NCBI RefSeq assembly: GCF_018350175.1
Contig: NC_058383.1
Span: 24,616,001-24,680,000, forward strand
Source of the DNA: Felis catus
Lineage: Eukaryota
Direction: 5' to 3'
DNA: 64,000 bases
Part shown: piece by piece, positions 49,701 through 57,355 of the stretch
How positions within the stretch are numbered: position 1 is the first letter of the stretch
Layout of the letters: every line of letters starts with the position of its first letter
The notes under the pieces: model-generated
What the model saw: the letters and a program-made list of their open reading frames with translations, nothing else
What the model was told of the DNA's origin: nothing
Databases searched by the model: none
Position numbers and translations under genes: made by a program

Positions 49701-51105
49701 TCTTGGGTAGTGCTTTCCTTGGAGTGAAGTCAAAGTAATGACCAATAATCAAGTATCACCTTTGTCCATATATGGAGAGAAAAGAGTAAGATCATCTTGT
49801 CCAGAGGTTGCAGACTGGTTGATAGGTCTTAATTTAGTTTATGAATGAACTTGATAATCTTCGAAGGCAACATGAAGCTGAAATTAATGCAATAAGGTAA
49901 CAAAATAACTGGGATAAATATTGGAAAATAGATAAATCCATCTTTTTTGATGTTGAAATGATTGTATACCTAGAAACCCTAAAGACTCTAAAACTACACC
50001 TGTCAGAATACTGATAGATAATAGGTATCAGAATACTGATATGGTGATTGGATACTCAGATACTGGTTAAATATACAAAAACCAACAGCCTTTCCTATTC
50101 TAGCAATAAGTACTTAGGAGTAAAAATGAGAAAAATATTCTATTCACAACAACAGAAAGAGAATTTGAATGATTTTAAATGGAGCTTGTCTTCTCTCCAC
50201 CACTCTTTATTCTCCTACACCTGGACCATTTTCTGCACTCACCTTAAGGAATTTGACTTTACTACCTCTGAATTTAAACAGTGGTGTGCTGGAGCTGGCT
50301 CATATCAACTCACCAGACCCGGATGGAGCTGGTTATTACATAGTTTTAATAGCCTGAAACATGTACACAATAGAAATTGACAAAAACTGCAAATCAAGGC
50401 TTTATTTCTCCCTGCCAGACAGCTGTTTTACCAGCATGCATCTGAATCTTACCTCTCACTTTATGGATCCAGGTCCCAATTGTGCAAGGTCACTAAGCTA
50501 GTTACAGTTAATGTGATCCCCCAGCTCCTACTTTAGTGCATTCTCTATGCCTACCATATAGGAGCACAGCATGCTGACTAGGAATCAGACCTGGTTCATT
50601 TGTGAAGGCAGGAGTATTATCACAGAAGCCACAGTGTCCTGGGAAATGTATATTGGGAAAGGCAGACATTGCAACAGATTTTCTGATCTCTTGATGCTGC
50701 CCCATTTAGGGAAATTGCAGGTAATGGAACTTACAGCTCTCTCTCTTCCAGGTAACCACACAAGAAACAGTCATGGAGAGTAACCCAGAAGATGGGGCCT
50801 ACATAAAAGGACTCTTTTTAGAAGGTGCCCGCTGGGACAGGGAAACAGTGCAGATTGAGGAGTCTTTCCCCAAAATTCTCTATGATCCACTGCCCATTAT
50901 TTGGCTGAAACCTGGGGAAAGTGCAATGTTTCCACATCAGAACATTTATGTATGTCCAGTCTACAAAACAAGTGCCCGAAGAGGCATCCTCTCCACCACA
51001 GGCCACTCCACCAACTATGTCCTCTCCATTGAACTCCCAACAGACAGGCCCCAGAAGCACTGGATAAACCGAGGGGTAGCCTCTCTGTGCCAGCTGGATA
51101 ATTGA
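1..51105 (+). CDS. DNAH3: Axonemal dynein heavy chain 3, 3' half (21 spliced coding exons, 5'-partial; AAA3-AAA6, stalk/MTBD, C-terminal domain)
   Basis: Exons join at GT-AG sites with consistent phase into a stop-free frame of 2097 aa ending ...[15 protein letters not shown]. Dynein motifs: [45 protein letters not shown]. The sequence matches recalled mammalian DNAH3, and LYRM1 is its known neighbour. Confidence 0.95.
428..471. repeat. 22-bp tandem duplication
   Basis: CAATGCTGGGC(A/G)GTCATCAGTC x2. Confidence 0.9.
1945..2300. mobile_element. MIR fragments (two, opposite orientation)
   Basis: GACTTTGGAATCAGAC..., CTCAGTTTCCTCACCT..AAA and reverse core GAAGAAACAGAGGC. Confidence 0.6.
2344..2638 (+). 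CDS. DNAH3: DNAH3 exon 2: AAA3 P-loop (VSELII...GPTGTGKS...KKAVVFV)
   Basis: Acceptor CAG at 2341-2343, donor G|GTAAGG; Walker A motif. Confidence 0.95.
3660..3874 (-). mobile_element. CanSINE (SINEC_Fc-like)
   Basis: Reverse-complement tRNA-like head, (CT)n region, A-tail. Confidence 0.9.
4655..4834 (+). CDS. DNAH3: DNAH3 exon 3: [23 protein letters not shown]...GGGRNDIT
   Basis: Acceptor ccccag, donor G|GTACGT; completes AAA3 Walker B. Confidence 0.95.
5480..7935 (+). mobile_element. Old L1 (L1M/L1MB/L1MC-like) remnants
   Basis: A-rich decayed sequence ending in a typical L1M 3' end (GAGTGACTGCTAATGG...TATATCTCAATAAAGCTG). Confidence 0.65.
6145..6352 (-). mobile_element. CanSINE inserted in an old L1 remnant
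   Basis: SINEC consensus features; GGAATTTT flanks. Confidence 0.88.
8141..8333. mobile_element. MER3-like hAT-Charlie element
   Basis: GCCACTAGCCACATG...AATGTGGCTAGTG...TAGCCACACGTGG...ATTGGACAACACAG. Confidence 0.75.
8425..8548 (+). CDS. DNAH3: DNAH3 exon 4: [10 protein letters not shown]...FDVMFLR
   Basis: Acceptor ttttccag, donor AG|GTAAGA. Confidence 0.95.
8639..8795 (+). CDS. DNAH3: DNAH3 exon 5: YGKMLVQ...[19 protein letters not shown]...HTHLQ
   Basis: Follows a 90-nt intron; acceptor cctaag, donor CAG|GTCAGA; HYxFNLRD dynein motif. Confidence 0.95.
9026..9169 (+). CDS. DNAH3: DNAH3 exon 6: [21 protein letters not shown]...QTVEK (not in ORF track)
   Basis: Acceptor ttttcag, donor AAG|GTAAGC; RLWxHExxRVFxDRL motif. 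Confidence 0.95.
10121..10787 (+). CDS. DNAH3: DNAH3 exon 7: AAA4 (VLIHLSPTG...GIGGSGRQS...[10 protein letters not shown])
   Basis: Acceptor cccacag, donor G|GTAAGA at 10788; possible alternative donor at 10760 (see findings). Confidence 0.92.
11084..11133. repeat. Perfect 25-bp tandem duplication
   Basis: AACTGAGGCATTCTATTTAATACTT x2. Confidence 0.95.
11366..11414. repeat. (CA)n microsatellite
   Basis: Seen directly. Confidence 0.97.
12065..12230 (+). CDS. DNAH3: DNAH3 exon 8: [28 protein letters not shown]...NIRIE
   Basis: Acceptor ttcattag, donor GA|GTAAGC. Confidence 0.92.
12351..12551 (+). mobile_element. CanSINE
   Basis: GGGGC..TG.GTGGCTCAG head; TSD AGAAAATCCCATTTA/AGAAAATCACATTTA. 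Confidence 0.9.
13370..13567. mobile_element. MER58A-like hAT element
   Basis: GTTTTGTTGGAACTCAGCCATGCC...TACTATTTGGCCCTTT..AGAAAAAGTTTGCTGACC. Confidence 0.7.
13606..13820 (+). mobile_element. CanSINE (SINEC_Fc-like)
   Basis: Perfect TSD AATATTTTGAAAAT. Confidence 0.92.
14195..14411 (+). CDS. DNAH3: DNAH3 exon 9: VISMCKYF...[12 protein letters not shown]...[11 protein letters not shown]
   Basis: Acceptor ggtag, donor CAG|GTGAGC. Confidence 0.95.
15969..16151 (+). CDS. DNAH3: DNAH3 exon 10: stalk coiled coil CC1 ([15 protein letters not shown]...AQGIK)
   Basis: Acceptor cttgctag, donor AAG|GTATAA. Confidence 0.95.
18087..18310 (-). mobile_element. Young CanSINE (SINEC_Fc)
   Basis: CpGs intact; perfect TSD TGGATTTACCTATTT (18072-18086 / 18312-18326). 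Confidence 0.95.
19365..19535. mobile_element. MER5-like hAT element
   Basis: CTCAA...AGAATCACCT...GAATCAGAATCT.GGGG...GTTGAGAATCACTG. Confidence 0.7.
20455..20585 (+). mobile_element. Internally deleted CanSINE
   Basis: Head joined directly to tail at CTCA (20557-20560). Confidence 0.85.
20590..21155 (-). mobile_element. L1MB-like 3' end remnant (interrupted by SINE)
   Basis: AATTCACATACCAT...CACTAA..CACTTTCTG.CTCTATGGATTT...CTTTCACTTAGCAT. Confidence 0.7.
20625..20823 (-). mobile_element. CanSINE within an L1 3' remnant
   Basis: SINEC consensus features. Confidence 0.88.
21722..21920 (+). CDS. DNAH3: DNAH3 exon 11: start of microtubule-binding domain ([17 protein letters not shown]...KPDSSGS)
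   Basis: Acceptor cccacag, donor G|GTAAAC. Confidence 0.95.
23053..23098. repeat. (TG)n microsatellite
   Basis: Seen directly. Confidence 0.97.
23784..23975 (+). mobile_element. CanSINE
   Basis: SINEC head, CT-rich body, AATAAA/A-tail. Confidence 0.88.
24117..24321 (-). mobile_element. CanSINE
   Basis: SINEC consensus features. Confidence 0.88.
24545..24845 (-). mobile_element. L1MC-like 3' end remnant
   Basis: TTTTTAGAGCA.TTTTA.G.TCACAGCAAAATTGAG...GAGTGGTACATTTGTTA..ATTGATGAACC. Confidence 0.7.
24922..25146 (-). mobile_element. Young CanSINE (SINEC_Fc) 52 nt upstream of DNAH3 exon 12
   Basis: Perfect TSD TCAGCCAGAATGTCTT (24906-24921 / 25147-25162). Confidence 0.95.
25199..27340 (+). 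CDS. DNAH3: DNAH3 exon 12 (2142 nt): rest of MTBD, CC2, AAA5, start of AAA6
   Basis: Lies within ORF 25186-27444; acceptor ccaaatag, donor CAG|GTAAGG. Confidence 0.97.
27789..28242. mobile_element. Nested SINEs: + strand CanSINE (~27822-28050) inside a - strand CanSINE
   Basis: Outer element's T-tail/GA run is interrupted by a full forward SINE, then resumes; outer flanks AATTAAAG. Confidence 0.85.
28322..28536. mobile_element. MER20-like hAT element
   Basis: GGGACATTTGGCAA...GGTGCTACT.GCATC.AGT...CCAAAATGTCA.TAGTGCTGAGGTTGAGAAACCCTG. Confidence 0.8.
29476..29713 (+). mobile_element. CanSINE inside a MER5-like hAT remnant (~29320-29755)
   Basis: SINEC features; flanks resemble MER5 (GGTTCTCAA..TTGGCTGCAC..TGGAATCACCT). 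Confidence 0.85.
30560..30779 (-). mobile_element. Young CanSINE (SINEC_Fc)
   Basis: Perfect TSD GTTCATGGTCTTTTTCA (30543-30559 / 30780-30796). Confidence 0.95.
30804..31202 (-). mobile_element. MaLR solo LTR (MLT1-type)
   Basis: Resembles reverse-complement MLT1 (CTAGGGCTGCTATAA...ATTTATT..CTC..A.TTCTGGA...CTCCAAATACAG.CACATTCTGAGGT...CATAACA). Confidence 0.8.
31436..31674 (-). mobile_element. CanSINE with a short internal insertion
   Basis: SINEC features; flanks TCTAGATCAATTTT / TCTATATCAATTTT. Confidence 0.88.
32183..32868 (-). pseudogene. RPL35A: Processed pseudogene (retrocopy) of ribosomal protein L35a
   Basis: Intronless MSGRLWSKA...[14 protein letters not shown]...[13 protein letters not shown]...WGKV..AHGNS...SNLPAKA (ATG 32805, ancestral TAA 32492-32490). 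Has a 5' TOP-like start CTCTTCC, an in-frame loss of about 6 codons (AGYKRG), a late frameshift, a 3' UTR remnant with A-tail, and a degenerate 17-bp TSD. Confidence 0.93.
32278..32480 (-). mobile_element. CanSINE inserted in the 3' UTR of the RPL35A retrocopy
   Basis: SINEC body begins about 10 nt after the RPL35A stop. Confidence 0.88.
33607..33948 (+). mobile_element. Tandem SINEs: short tRNA-like CanSINE (33607-33708) plus full CanSINE (33714-33948)
   Basis: Two SINE heads; shared flanks AAAGAATGCCT / AAAGAATGTCT. Confidence 0.85.
34182..34407 (+). CDS. DNAH3: DNAH3 exon 13: [10 protein letters not shown]...SLGQGQG...[10 protein letters not shown]...NIRFR
   Basis: Acceptor tctcag, donor AG|GTGAGG; AAA6 motifs. 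Confidence 0.95.
35071..35397. mobile_element. MER58B-like hAT element
   Basis: GAAATTCAAATTTCAGTGTCCATAAATAAAGTTTTATTG...GTTTGCCAACTCCTG. Confidence 0.8.
35425..35740 (-). mobile_element. CanSINE with tail expanded into (TTTC)n(TTCC)n and a long (GA)n
   Basis: SINEC features; TGGTTATT flanks. Confidence 0.9.
36844..37088 (+). CDS. DNAH3: DNAH3 exon 14: [34 protein letters not shown]...QERRNFGPL
   Basis: Acceptor cttcag, donor G|GTAAGC. Confidence 0.95.
37169..37307. mobile_element. MER53-like palindromic hAT MITE, left arm partly deleted
   Basis: TAAGGTTGCCAG...TATAAGTATATTCCA/TGGGACATACTTAGA...GACAACCCTA. Confidence 0.7.
38670..38786 (+). CDS. DNAH3: DNAH3 exon 15: [13 protein letters not shown]...ALTYLT
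   Basis: Acceptor tgtgcag, donor G|GTATTT. Confidence 0.95.
39484..39700 (+). mobile_element. CanSINE (SINEC_Fc-like)
   Basis: SINEC features. Confidence 0.9.
39881..40085. mobile_element. MER20-like hAT element
   Basis: CAGTGGTTCTCAAC...CCCCCAGGGGACATTTGGCAATGTCTGGAGACATTTTTG. Confidence 0.85.
40908..41420 (+). mobile_element. Tandem CanSINE stack (40908-41130, 41134-41368, residual tail to ~41420)
   Basis: Two full heads; outer flanks AGACAAAAGCA / AGACAAAAGTA. Confidence 0.88.
42555..42590. repeat. (CA)n microsatellite
   Basis: Seen directly. Confidence 0.97.
42895..43049 (+). CDS. DNAH3: DNAH3 exon 16: [18 protein letters not shown]...HGSYQ
   Basis: Acceptor ccacag, donor CAG|GTGAGG. 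Confidence 0.95.
43692..43733. repeat. (TG)n microsatellite
   Basis: Seen directly. Confidence 0.97.
43883..44050 (+). CDS. DNAH3: DNAH3 exon 17: [10 protein letters not shown]...[12 protein letters not shown]...GKSPQ (not in ORF track)
   Basis: Acceptor tttccag, donor CAG|GTAATT. Confidence 0.95.
45703..45845 (+). CDS. DNAH3: DNAH3 exon 18: [11 protein letters not shown]...[18 protein letters not shown]
   Basis: Acceptor ctttaag, donor AG|GTGGGC. Confidence 0.93.
46422..47460 (-). mobile_element. Ancient ERV-L internal remnant (dUTPase region) with probable adjoining LTR
   Basis: Minus strand 47176-47144 reads [11 protein letters not shown], followed by decayed HF/QAKK/VI.PD-like segments typical of the ERV-L dUTPase. 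Confidence 0.55.
48176..48380 (+). CDS. DNAH3: DNAH3 exon 19: LTKVVRRSL...[10 protein letters not shown]...LAFFQ
   Basis: Acceptor cttgcag, donor CAG|GTACCT. Confidence 0.95.
48588..48804 (-). mobile_element. CanSINE
   Basis: SINEC features. Confidence 0.88.
49239..49376 (+). CDS. DNAH3: DNAH3 exon 20: [25 protein letters not shown]...GFEFE
   Basis: Acceptor ctccag, donor GAG|GTAGAC. Confidence 0.95.
50279..50444. mobile_element. MER63-like hAT element
   Basis: CAGTGGTGTGCTGGAGCTGGCTC...TTTACCAGCATGCATCTG termini. Confidence 0.6.
50752..51105 (+). CDS. DNAH3: DNAH3 terminal coding exon: [29 protein letters not shown]...CQLDN*
   Basis: Acceptor cttccag; TGA at 51103-51105; dynein C-terminal motifs ([22 protein letters not shown]). 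Confidence 0.95.
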   Translation, partial: VTTQETVMESNPEDGAYIKGLFLEGARWDRETVQIEESFPKILYDPLPIIWLKPGESAMFPHQNIYVCPVYKTSARRGILSTTGHSTNYVLSIELPTDRPQKHWINRGVASLCQLDN

Positions 51106-51127
51106 TGGCATCCATCTCAATGCAGAA

Positions 51128-51133
51128 AATAAA
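51128..51133 (+). terminator. Likely DNAH3 polyadenylation signal AATAAA
   Basis: Canonical hexamer 22 nt after the stop codon. Confidence 0.65.
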
Positions 51134-51539
51134 AGGCATCTCATTCTCAACCACAACCTAGCTTTCCTTTCATAAGAGACACATGGTATGATGATGATGG
51201 CGGCAGTTATATTAATAGAGCACTTGCTACGAGTCAGTATTTCAGAGCAGCCCTATAAAGTAGGTTATTATTATCCTCATTTTATGGCCACAGAAACCAT
51301 GATACAGAGAAGGTAAGTAAGATCTCCCAAATCAGATAGCTACTAAAATAGTGGAGCCTGGATTTGAACACAGATGATGGGACTCTTCAACCTAGACCTT
51401 TAGCCATTTGGCTAAACTCCTTTGTGTTTTATTTCCTGTTGTTTTGCTGTAACTTCCACTGAACTTTAATTGCTGCTTTCCTAGTGCTGTTTCCTAGCAC
51501 TAACATCACAGCCTCTCAGGTTCAAAAAGGCTTGAGCCA

Positions 51540-51664
51540 CTGTGCTGACAGCTCAGGGCCTGGAGCCTGCTTCAGATTCTGTGTCTTCCTCTCTTTCTGC
51601 CCCTCTCCCACTCTGTCTCTCTCTCTAATAATAATAATAATAATAAAAACATTAAAAAAAAAAC
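51540..51664 (+). mobile_element. 5'-truncated CanSINE with (ATA)n tail
   Basis: Only the 3' half of the SINEC body is present. Confidence 0.8.
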
Positions 51665-52245
51665 CCAACTAGTTCAAGGTTTCACAACTCATCAGTGATA
51701 GAAATGGAACCCAAATACTTCTCTACTAGCCTGCGACAAATGGGCAGAAATTTCAGGAAGGAGACATGAGAAAACCAGCATTTGTTGCATGCCTACTATG
51801 TGCCATGGGTTGTGACAAGATATCCTTTAGATATCTTGTTTTTTCCTATGTGGTGGGTACCATTGTCTCTCCCTCTGGAGATTATGTAACTTGCCTAAGA
51901 TCATCCAGCTCTTTGACATTGCAGAGCCAAGGTCTGTCTGGCTCTAGAACCCATGCATTTTTCACTGCCACATGCTGCCTCCCTGCCAATGACTTGGCTA
52001 TGTTATGATGTAGAATCTTAAATGTGTAGCTCCAACAACCATGTCCAAAAAATTTCTAGTTTATCACTTTCCTGTTTTCCCCCAGCGCCAGCTAAAAGAG
52101 AATCCTAAGGAATATAAAAATCAAATTCTTTATATATTACTTCTCGACTAACTCTTTCATTTAGCTCTTTGGCTCTAAGTGACTTCAGGGCATTCCAGTG
52201 GTCAGTTCATAGTTGAGCAAAGACATAAGGCTGTTTGAGGGTCTT

Positions 52246-52454
52246 TTTTTTTTTTAGAACAGTTTCCGAATGTATTTTTTTAAATATATGAAATTTGTTG
52301 TCAAATACAGTTTCTGAATGTATTTTTTTAATATATGAAATTTATTGTCAAATTGTCAAAGTGCTCATCCCAAAAGATGCCCTCAATACCCATCACCCAC
52401 CCTCTCCTCCCTCCCACCCTCCATCAGCCCTCAGTTTGTTCTCATTTTTTAAGA
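52246..52454 (-). mobile_element. Short 5'-truncated felid L1 3' end with complex tail
   Basis: Perfect TSD GCTGTTTGAGGGTCTT (52230-52245 / 52455-52470); matches the recalled felid L1 3' UTR (ATATATGAAATTTATTGTCAAATTG...GTGCTCATCCCAAAAG...CCCTCAGTTTGTTCTCA). Confidence 0.85.
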
Positions 52455-52633
52455 GCTGTTTGAGGGTCTTAATGTGTCTTTCGGTTTCTCTGCCTCTTCA
52501 CTAGAAGAAAGGTCCTCAGGGTTTTTTATTTTTCCTGAATGTGGGAAGCTTCAGAGAACCAAACATACATACTCCAGAAATCTCTTCATGGAAACATGGA
52601 GTTGATAAAATTCTGATTAAGAACCCTAAATTA

Positions 52634-52846
52634 GGGGTGCCTGGGTGGCTCGGTTGGTTAAGCGTCCAACTTTGGCTCAGGTCATGATCTCACGGTTCAT
52701 GGGTTCGAGCCCCATGTCAAGCTCTCTGCTGTCTGCTTAGGGCCTGGAGCCTGCTTCGAATTCTGTCTCCCTCTTTCTGCTCCTCTCCCTCTTGTGCTCT
52801 GTCTCTCTCTCTCTCAAAAAACAAACAAACATTAAAAAATTTAAAA
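52634..52846 (+). mobile_element. CanSINE
   Basis: TSD AAGAACCCTAAAT. Confidence 0.92.
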
Positions 52847-54570
52847 AGAACCCTAAATGCTGAGATCAGCAGAAATATCTGAGAGATCTGAGACATTAAG
52901 TGCAAAAGGGGAGTTCTCCAAATCTTGCCAGGAGGCAATAAAGAGGAGCAGTCTCTTCCAACTCAAAGCAGGTAGCTTAATAGTTATTTTTTCGAGAAAG
53001 ACAGTTTTTTAATTTTTACTTTTTCCAATGAGGGAAAGAAAATCAGAATGAAGAGAGAGCTGAAACTGCATTATCATTCCAAGTAAGATTGTTGGTCATG
53101 TGAGATGGAAAGATGGTCAGGATCCCAACTGCCTGAATCTTGGACTGGTTAGGCTAAGTTGTATTGTTAAGTTTTAAGGCAGTGAGGGGGTTGCTAAGAG
53201 AACAATTGGATTTTAATTAGTTGTCTAACTCCCAGATTCAGCAACAAAAAGCTGAAGGAGGCAGGGACTGACTGTTTCATTCCTCAGGGGTCAAGGGACA
53301 GAATGTTTCTGTATGATGGATTAAATTTTTGTAATTTAAAAAATTTCCTCCACTTTGAAAAGAAACAGTGCCCTAAATTTGAGGTCATTTTCTACTGGGG
53401 CCAATGGGGTATTTAATGTTTCCCCCTGGGAAAGAGCTGTATGTTCTTTCAGAAATCCTGGTAAGTTAGAGGCTGGAGTCTTGGGGCAGAGATGGCCAGC
53501 GATCAGTTTGGTGAGAAGCTGCAGTTCCTGCCAATAAATAGTGCAGCAGATGACATCAGACAAACATTGTCACCAAGCTAGTCATTTCTCTTTAAAAATC
53601 TAGCTGTTGGGTAAAGAATTTTCAGTCCTTGTCAGTATTGGAAGAAAATTTCATTGAAAGAGGGGATGTAGGGAAGATAGGTTTGGCCTTTAGAAGAACG
53701 AAGATGGAGATTTTATAGTCTTGGAGAGAAAATGGGAGAAATAAAAGCTATTATAAACATTGTTCATATGAAAGTTTTGCTAGTAAATTGGTAATTATGT
53801 TACTGTGTAATAGGACATGCACCTTTGCAAAGGAGGCTAGTCATATAAAATTCAGTTAGGTAAGATTCCTGGCACATAGAAGATACTCAGGAGGCTAGCT
53901 AGCAATTAGATCAACTTCCATTTTGGAAGAGGCTGGGTGGGAAGGTTGGTTTCTTCACTCAACAGAGTTAAAGACAAAAACTGCACAGTCAAAATCACCT
54001 TGAGTTACTTAGAAAAGGACGAGGACAGAGATAGGCAAGTCACGTCTCACTTGGTCCAGCAGAGCCAGTTTTTCCACCAATGCGAGAACAGATCACTGTT
54101 TCAATGGTTGACCCCCAGATGAAGTACTTGACTTGATTTCACAGGCCCTATGTTGCATGACAAAATGTGTAAACACTAGAACCACCTCTTAACAGGGAGA
54201 TGCTTCCACAATGAGACCAGATAGAAGGAGAGTTACTGATGGAACAGCAGATGTCTCCCAGTTGAAGCCAAGCTGGGGTTTATGTGGCAACCATGTTAAA
54301 TATGCATTTGCTATTACTACAGTGATATATTTGTTCTCCACATCATTGCCAAACTCTGCAATACTTACCCTCAGCATTAAAGTGTATGCTTCTGCTCACA
54401 GGAGCAGGCTTTGAGATTGAAATATAATGCTTACTTTGAATTAGAGGAGCTGTGTGACAAGAGAATCCTAAATCTAGGTATGGGCTGGAAGTTACCATAT
54501 GCTACTTTTGAGGGTCTCAGAGCCATTTTGGAAAAGAATACAGAGAGACCAAAATCGATAAAAATTTGTT

Positions 54571-54576
54571 TTTATT
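54571..54576 (-). terminator. Candidate LYRM1 polyadenylation signal (AATAAA on - strand)
   Basis: TTTATT on + strand about 900 nt downstream of the LYRM1 stop. Confidence 0.5.
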
Positions 54577-55471
54577 GGTGATGCTCATCGTCTTTGGAAG
54601 TCAGAAGGAATGTTAACAAGGTGTGTGTGACTTGCCATGGGATTCCACACACGCAGGAGTATAAATCCTTTGTGTTTTCTCTTTGTGCCATTGCTGTTTA
54701 GACATAATTTGAAAACCAGCTTGGCCCTTGTACTTCCTAATTATGTTAAGATAAAATATTCATAATGAATGCAGTATGAGTTTCAAGTAAGCCTTTCAAA
54801 TCCTAAGTGTATCCTAAGTAATCACAGGCTTTAAGATAAAGTAAACATACGCATTTACCTAAGACAAGTACTTTTACGTATGTATATGTCAGGGGCAGGG
54901 TGTCATGTAAAATTTCCATGAAAAACCACGATAAATCCAATGATGTACTTTTTAAGGGTAGTTTATCTGGAAACTGGGATGGTCAAAAGACAGCAAAACA
55001 TATACAAAGAAGCCCACTTTTAAGCAAACCTTTGTTTTTTAAGCAAAAATTCGGGAGAAAGAAGCCAAAAAATATTCTGAAGGCAGTGTAGTTTTATGGT
55101 AGCTATGAAGACTTTCAGCAGCTGGCTGATTTCTTCCTATCAGCTGACATGACTGGCAAATGACATTTCCATGAAAATCTTTGTCATCCTTATCTTCCTT
55201 CTACAGGCCTTGGCCTTGTTTCCAAAGATGCTTCAGTGAGGGTATATAAGGTCCATGACCTCTAGGGTTAGTGTCATCCACTTTAGGCAACAAGACCCTG
55301 ATGAAGTGTCAGGAGGAGTGAGCACAGATCTTGGGGTGAATACCAATATTTTAGAGGTTTTTAAGAAGATATTTAAATTTTTACCCCTAATCGAAGAGAA
55401 GGGTTTCATCATCTGGTTTACATTCAAGATCTAGTCGGCTCATCATTCTGAGAAATAAATTTTCTTCTGGG

Positions 55472-55588
55472 TTAGGAAATCTCATCATGAGACTTGAGAT
55501 ATACTGGTTTGGAAAGTTTCCTCAGTTTTTCCTGGCTTCGAAGTCCCCGGCCTCGTAGTGGGGTAAGGCCCATTGGAGGCAGATGAAT
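55472..55588 (-). CDS. LYRM1: LYRM1 last coding exon (38 codons + TAA; not in ORF track)
   Basis: Acceptor cctattcag; TAA at 55474-55472. Confidence 0.95.
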   Translation of the reverse strand: MHLPPMGLTPLRGRGLRSQEKLRKLSKPVYLKSHDEIS

Positions 55589-57304
55589 CTGAATAGGAAG
55601 AATAAGAATAATGATAATATTAAGAATTATAATCACCAGAGCAGCTTATTCATTGAGGATTTACTAAGTACCGTGCTCCCTGCTAAGCACTAAATCTACA
55701 CTGACTCATTAATCCTTAAAATCCTTACACACATTAATCCTTACAATAATCTCATAAGGAATTAGATAATATTTATAGATGAGACAATGGAGGCTCAGAA
55801 GTTAAATAACTTGCTCAATCTTATATACACATTAAGTGGTAGAGCCAAGATTTGCATTCCAGATCACATTCCAGAGCTTGTGCTCTTCTTTGTCATACTG
55901 CCTGCATGGAAGGAACAATGACCACAGATCACATGGTGAGATGAGAATCCAAAGAAGGCGAGAAAAAAAGTTTGGGTAGACAAAGCTATTCTGCGCAGAG
56001 TGGAAAACTGGGAGTAATCTAAATGCCTACTAAAAAGCTGCTGGGTAAATTATGGTATATTCTTGTAACGGGATCCAGTGACAACCATTTAAAAACATGG
56101 GAGGCAGAGATGGCCAGGACAGATGACATAAACTAAGTAAGCAGCAAACAGTATGTCCAGGATCCCATGTACTTTAAGAAAACGTAGGTACACGAATATA
56201 GAAAAAAAGACAAGATATTACCAAACTATTAGGTTGAGCCAATACCGGGTAAAATTGCTGTTTTTGTATTATAGGTTAAGAGTAGAATATTGGCAGTTTC
56301 ATATAGTGCAACCGAACAGTTACAGTGGTTACTTCCACAGGGTGAGAATTTTGGACCATTTTCACTTTCTACCTCATGCACTCTTTTAATGCTATTAACA
56401 ACAAACCTTACTTTTATTATAAGGAAAATAAAAATACTTCCGTAAAAAAAGGTGAAAATCAAAAAGAGAAAGCTATCTAAATATGGGCTAGCTTTCCCTT
56501 CTATATGTGGGAAAGTTGTATGAGTAGGAGAAATCAGGCATTCATTGACATTTTAGCTTGTTGTGATGGGTTGGCGGCATGCAAGGATAGCTTACTTCCA
56601 ACATGCCTCCCACAGAAGCTCTAGACTGCTCGACAAACACTGGCCCTCTTGGTACACGTTCTTGGAAATAACTGGGTTGGTGAGGAGAAGTACCCGCCAC
56701 ATGTTAACTGTCACACTTACTGGCCGTGGATAAGGAATCTGGTAATGCAGTCCAATTTCAATCCTTGCTGTGCATTCATCTATACACTGTTTAATCAGGT
56801 CTGTGTCTGTGAGCTATTAAAAGAGGAAAACAGGTGAGGTTCTTAGCATCTTTCTAATGCTCCTTATGTAGAGGTGTACATCTTCTTCAACTTTCTCAGC
56901 TCACCAGCCAGTAAATTCAATGCTGATACTTTGAAAAATCAAAAGCAATTTAGTATAAAATTTACTGTGGATTAAACTTTTTAAAAAATTATGGCAATAG
57001 GTAATACCTGCACACAGTAAAACATTATTCAAATAACACAAAAGGATATAATATAAAAACAAAGTCTCCTTTTTACCCCTCTCACAGTTCCCCCTTCTCA
57101 AGGACCACAATTATTGGCAGTGTTTGTCCTCCCAGGGATATTCTATGTAGATAAAAGCATACGTGTATATATACACTTTTTTCCCCCTTACACACAATAG
57201 CTCTCTTTGTTCTGAACTTTGCTTTTTCCCCTAACAATGTGTAGCTCCTTTTATATTTACACAGAGAGCTGCCTATTCTTTTTTTTTTTTAATGTTTATT
57301 TATT

Positions 57305-57355
<51 letters not shown>

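Noticed and set aside
50715..50751. Alternative upstream acceptors for the last DNAH3 exon (CAG at 50718-50720 and 50734-50736)
   Set aside because: Poor pyrimidine tracts. The first is out of frame; the acceptor at 50751 restores the expected protein.
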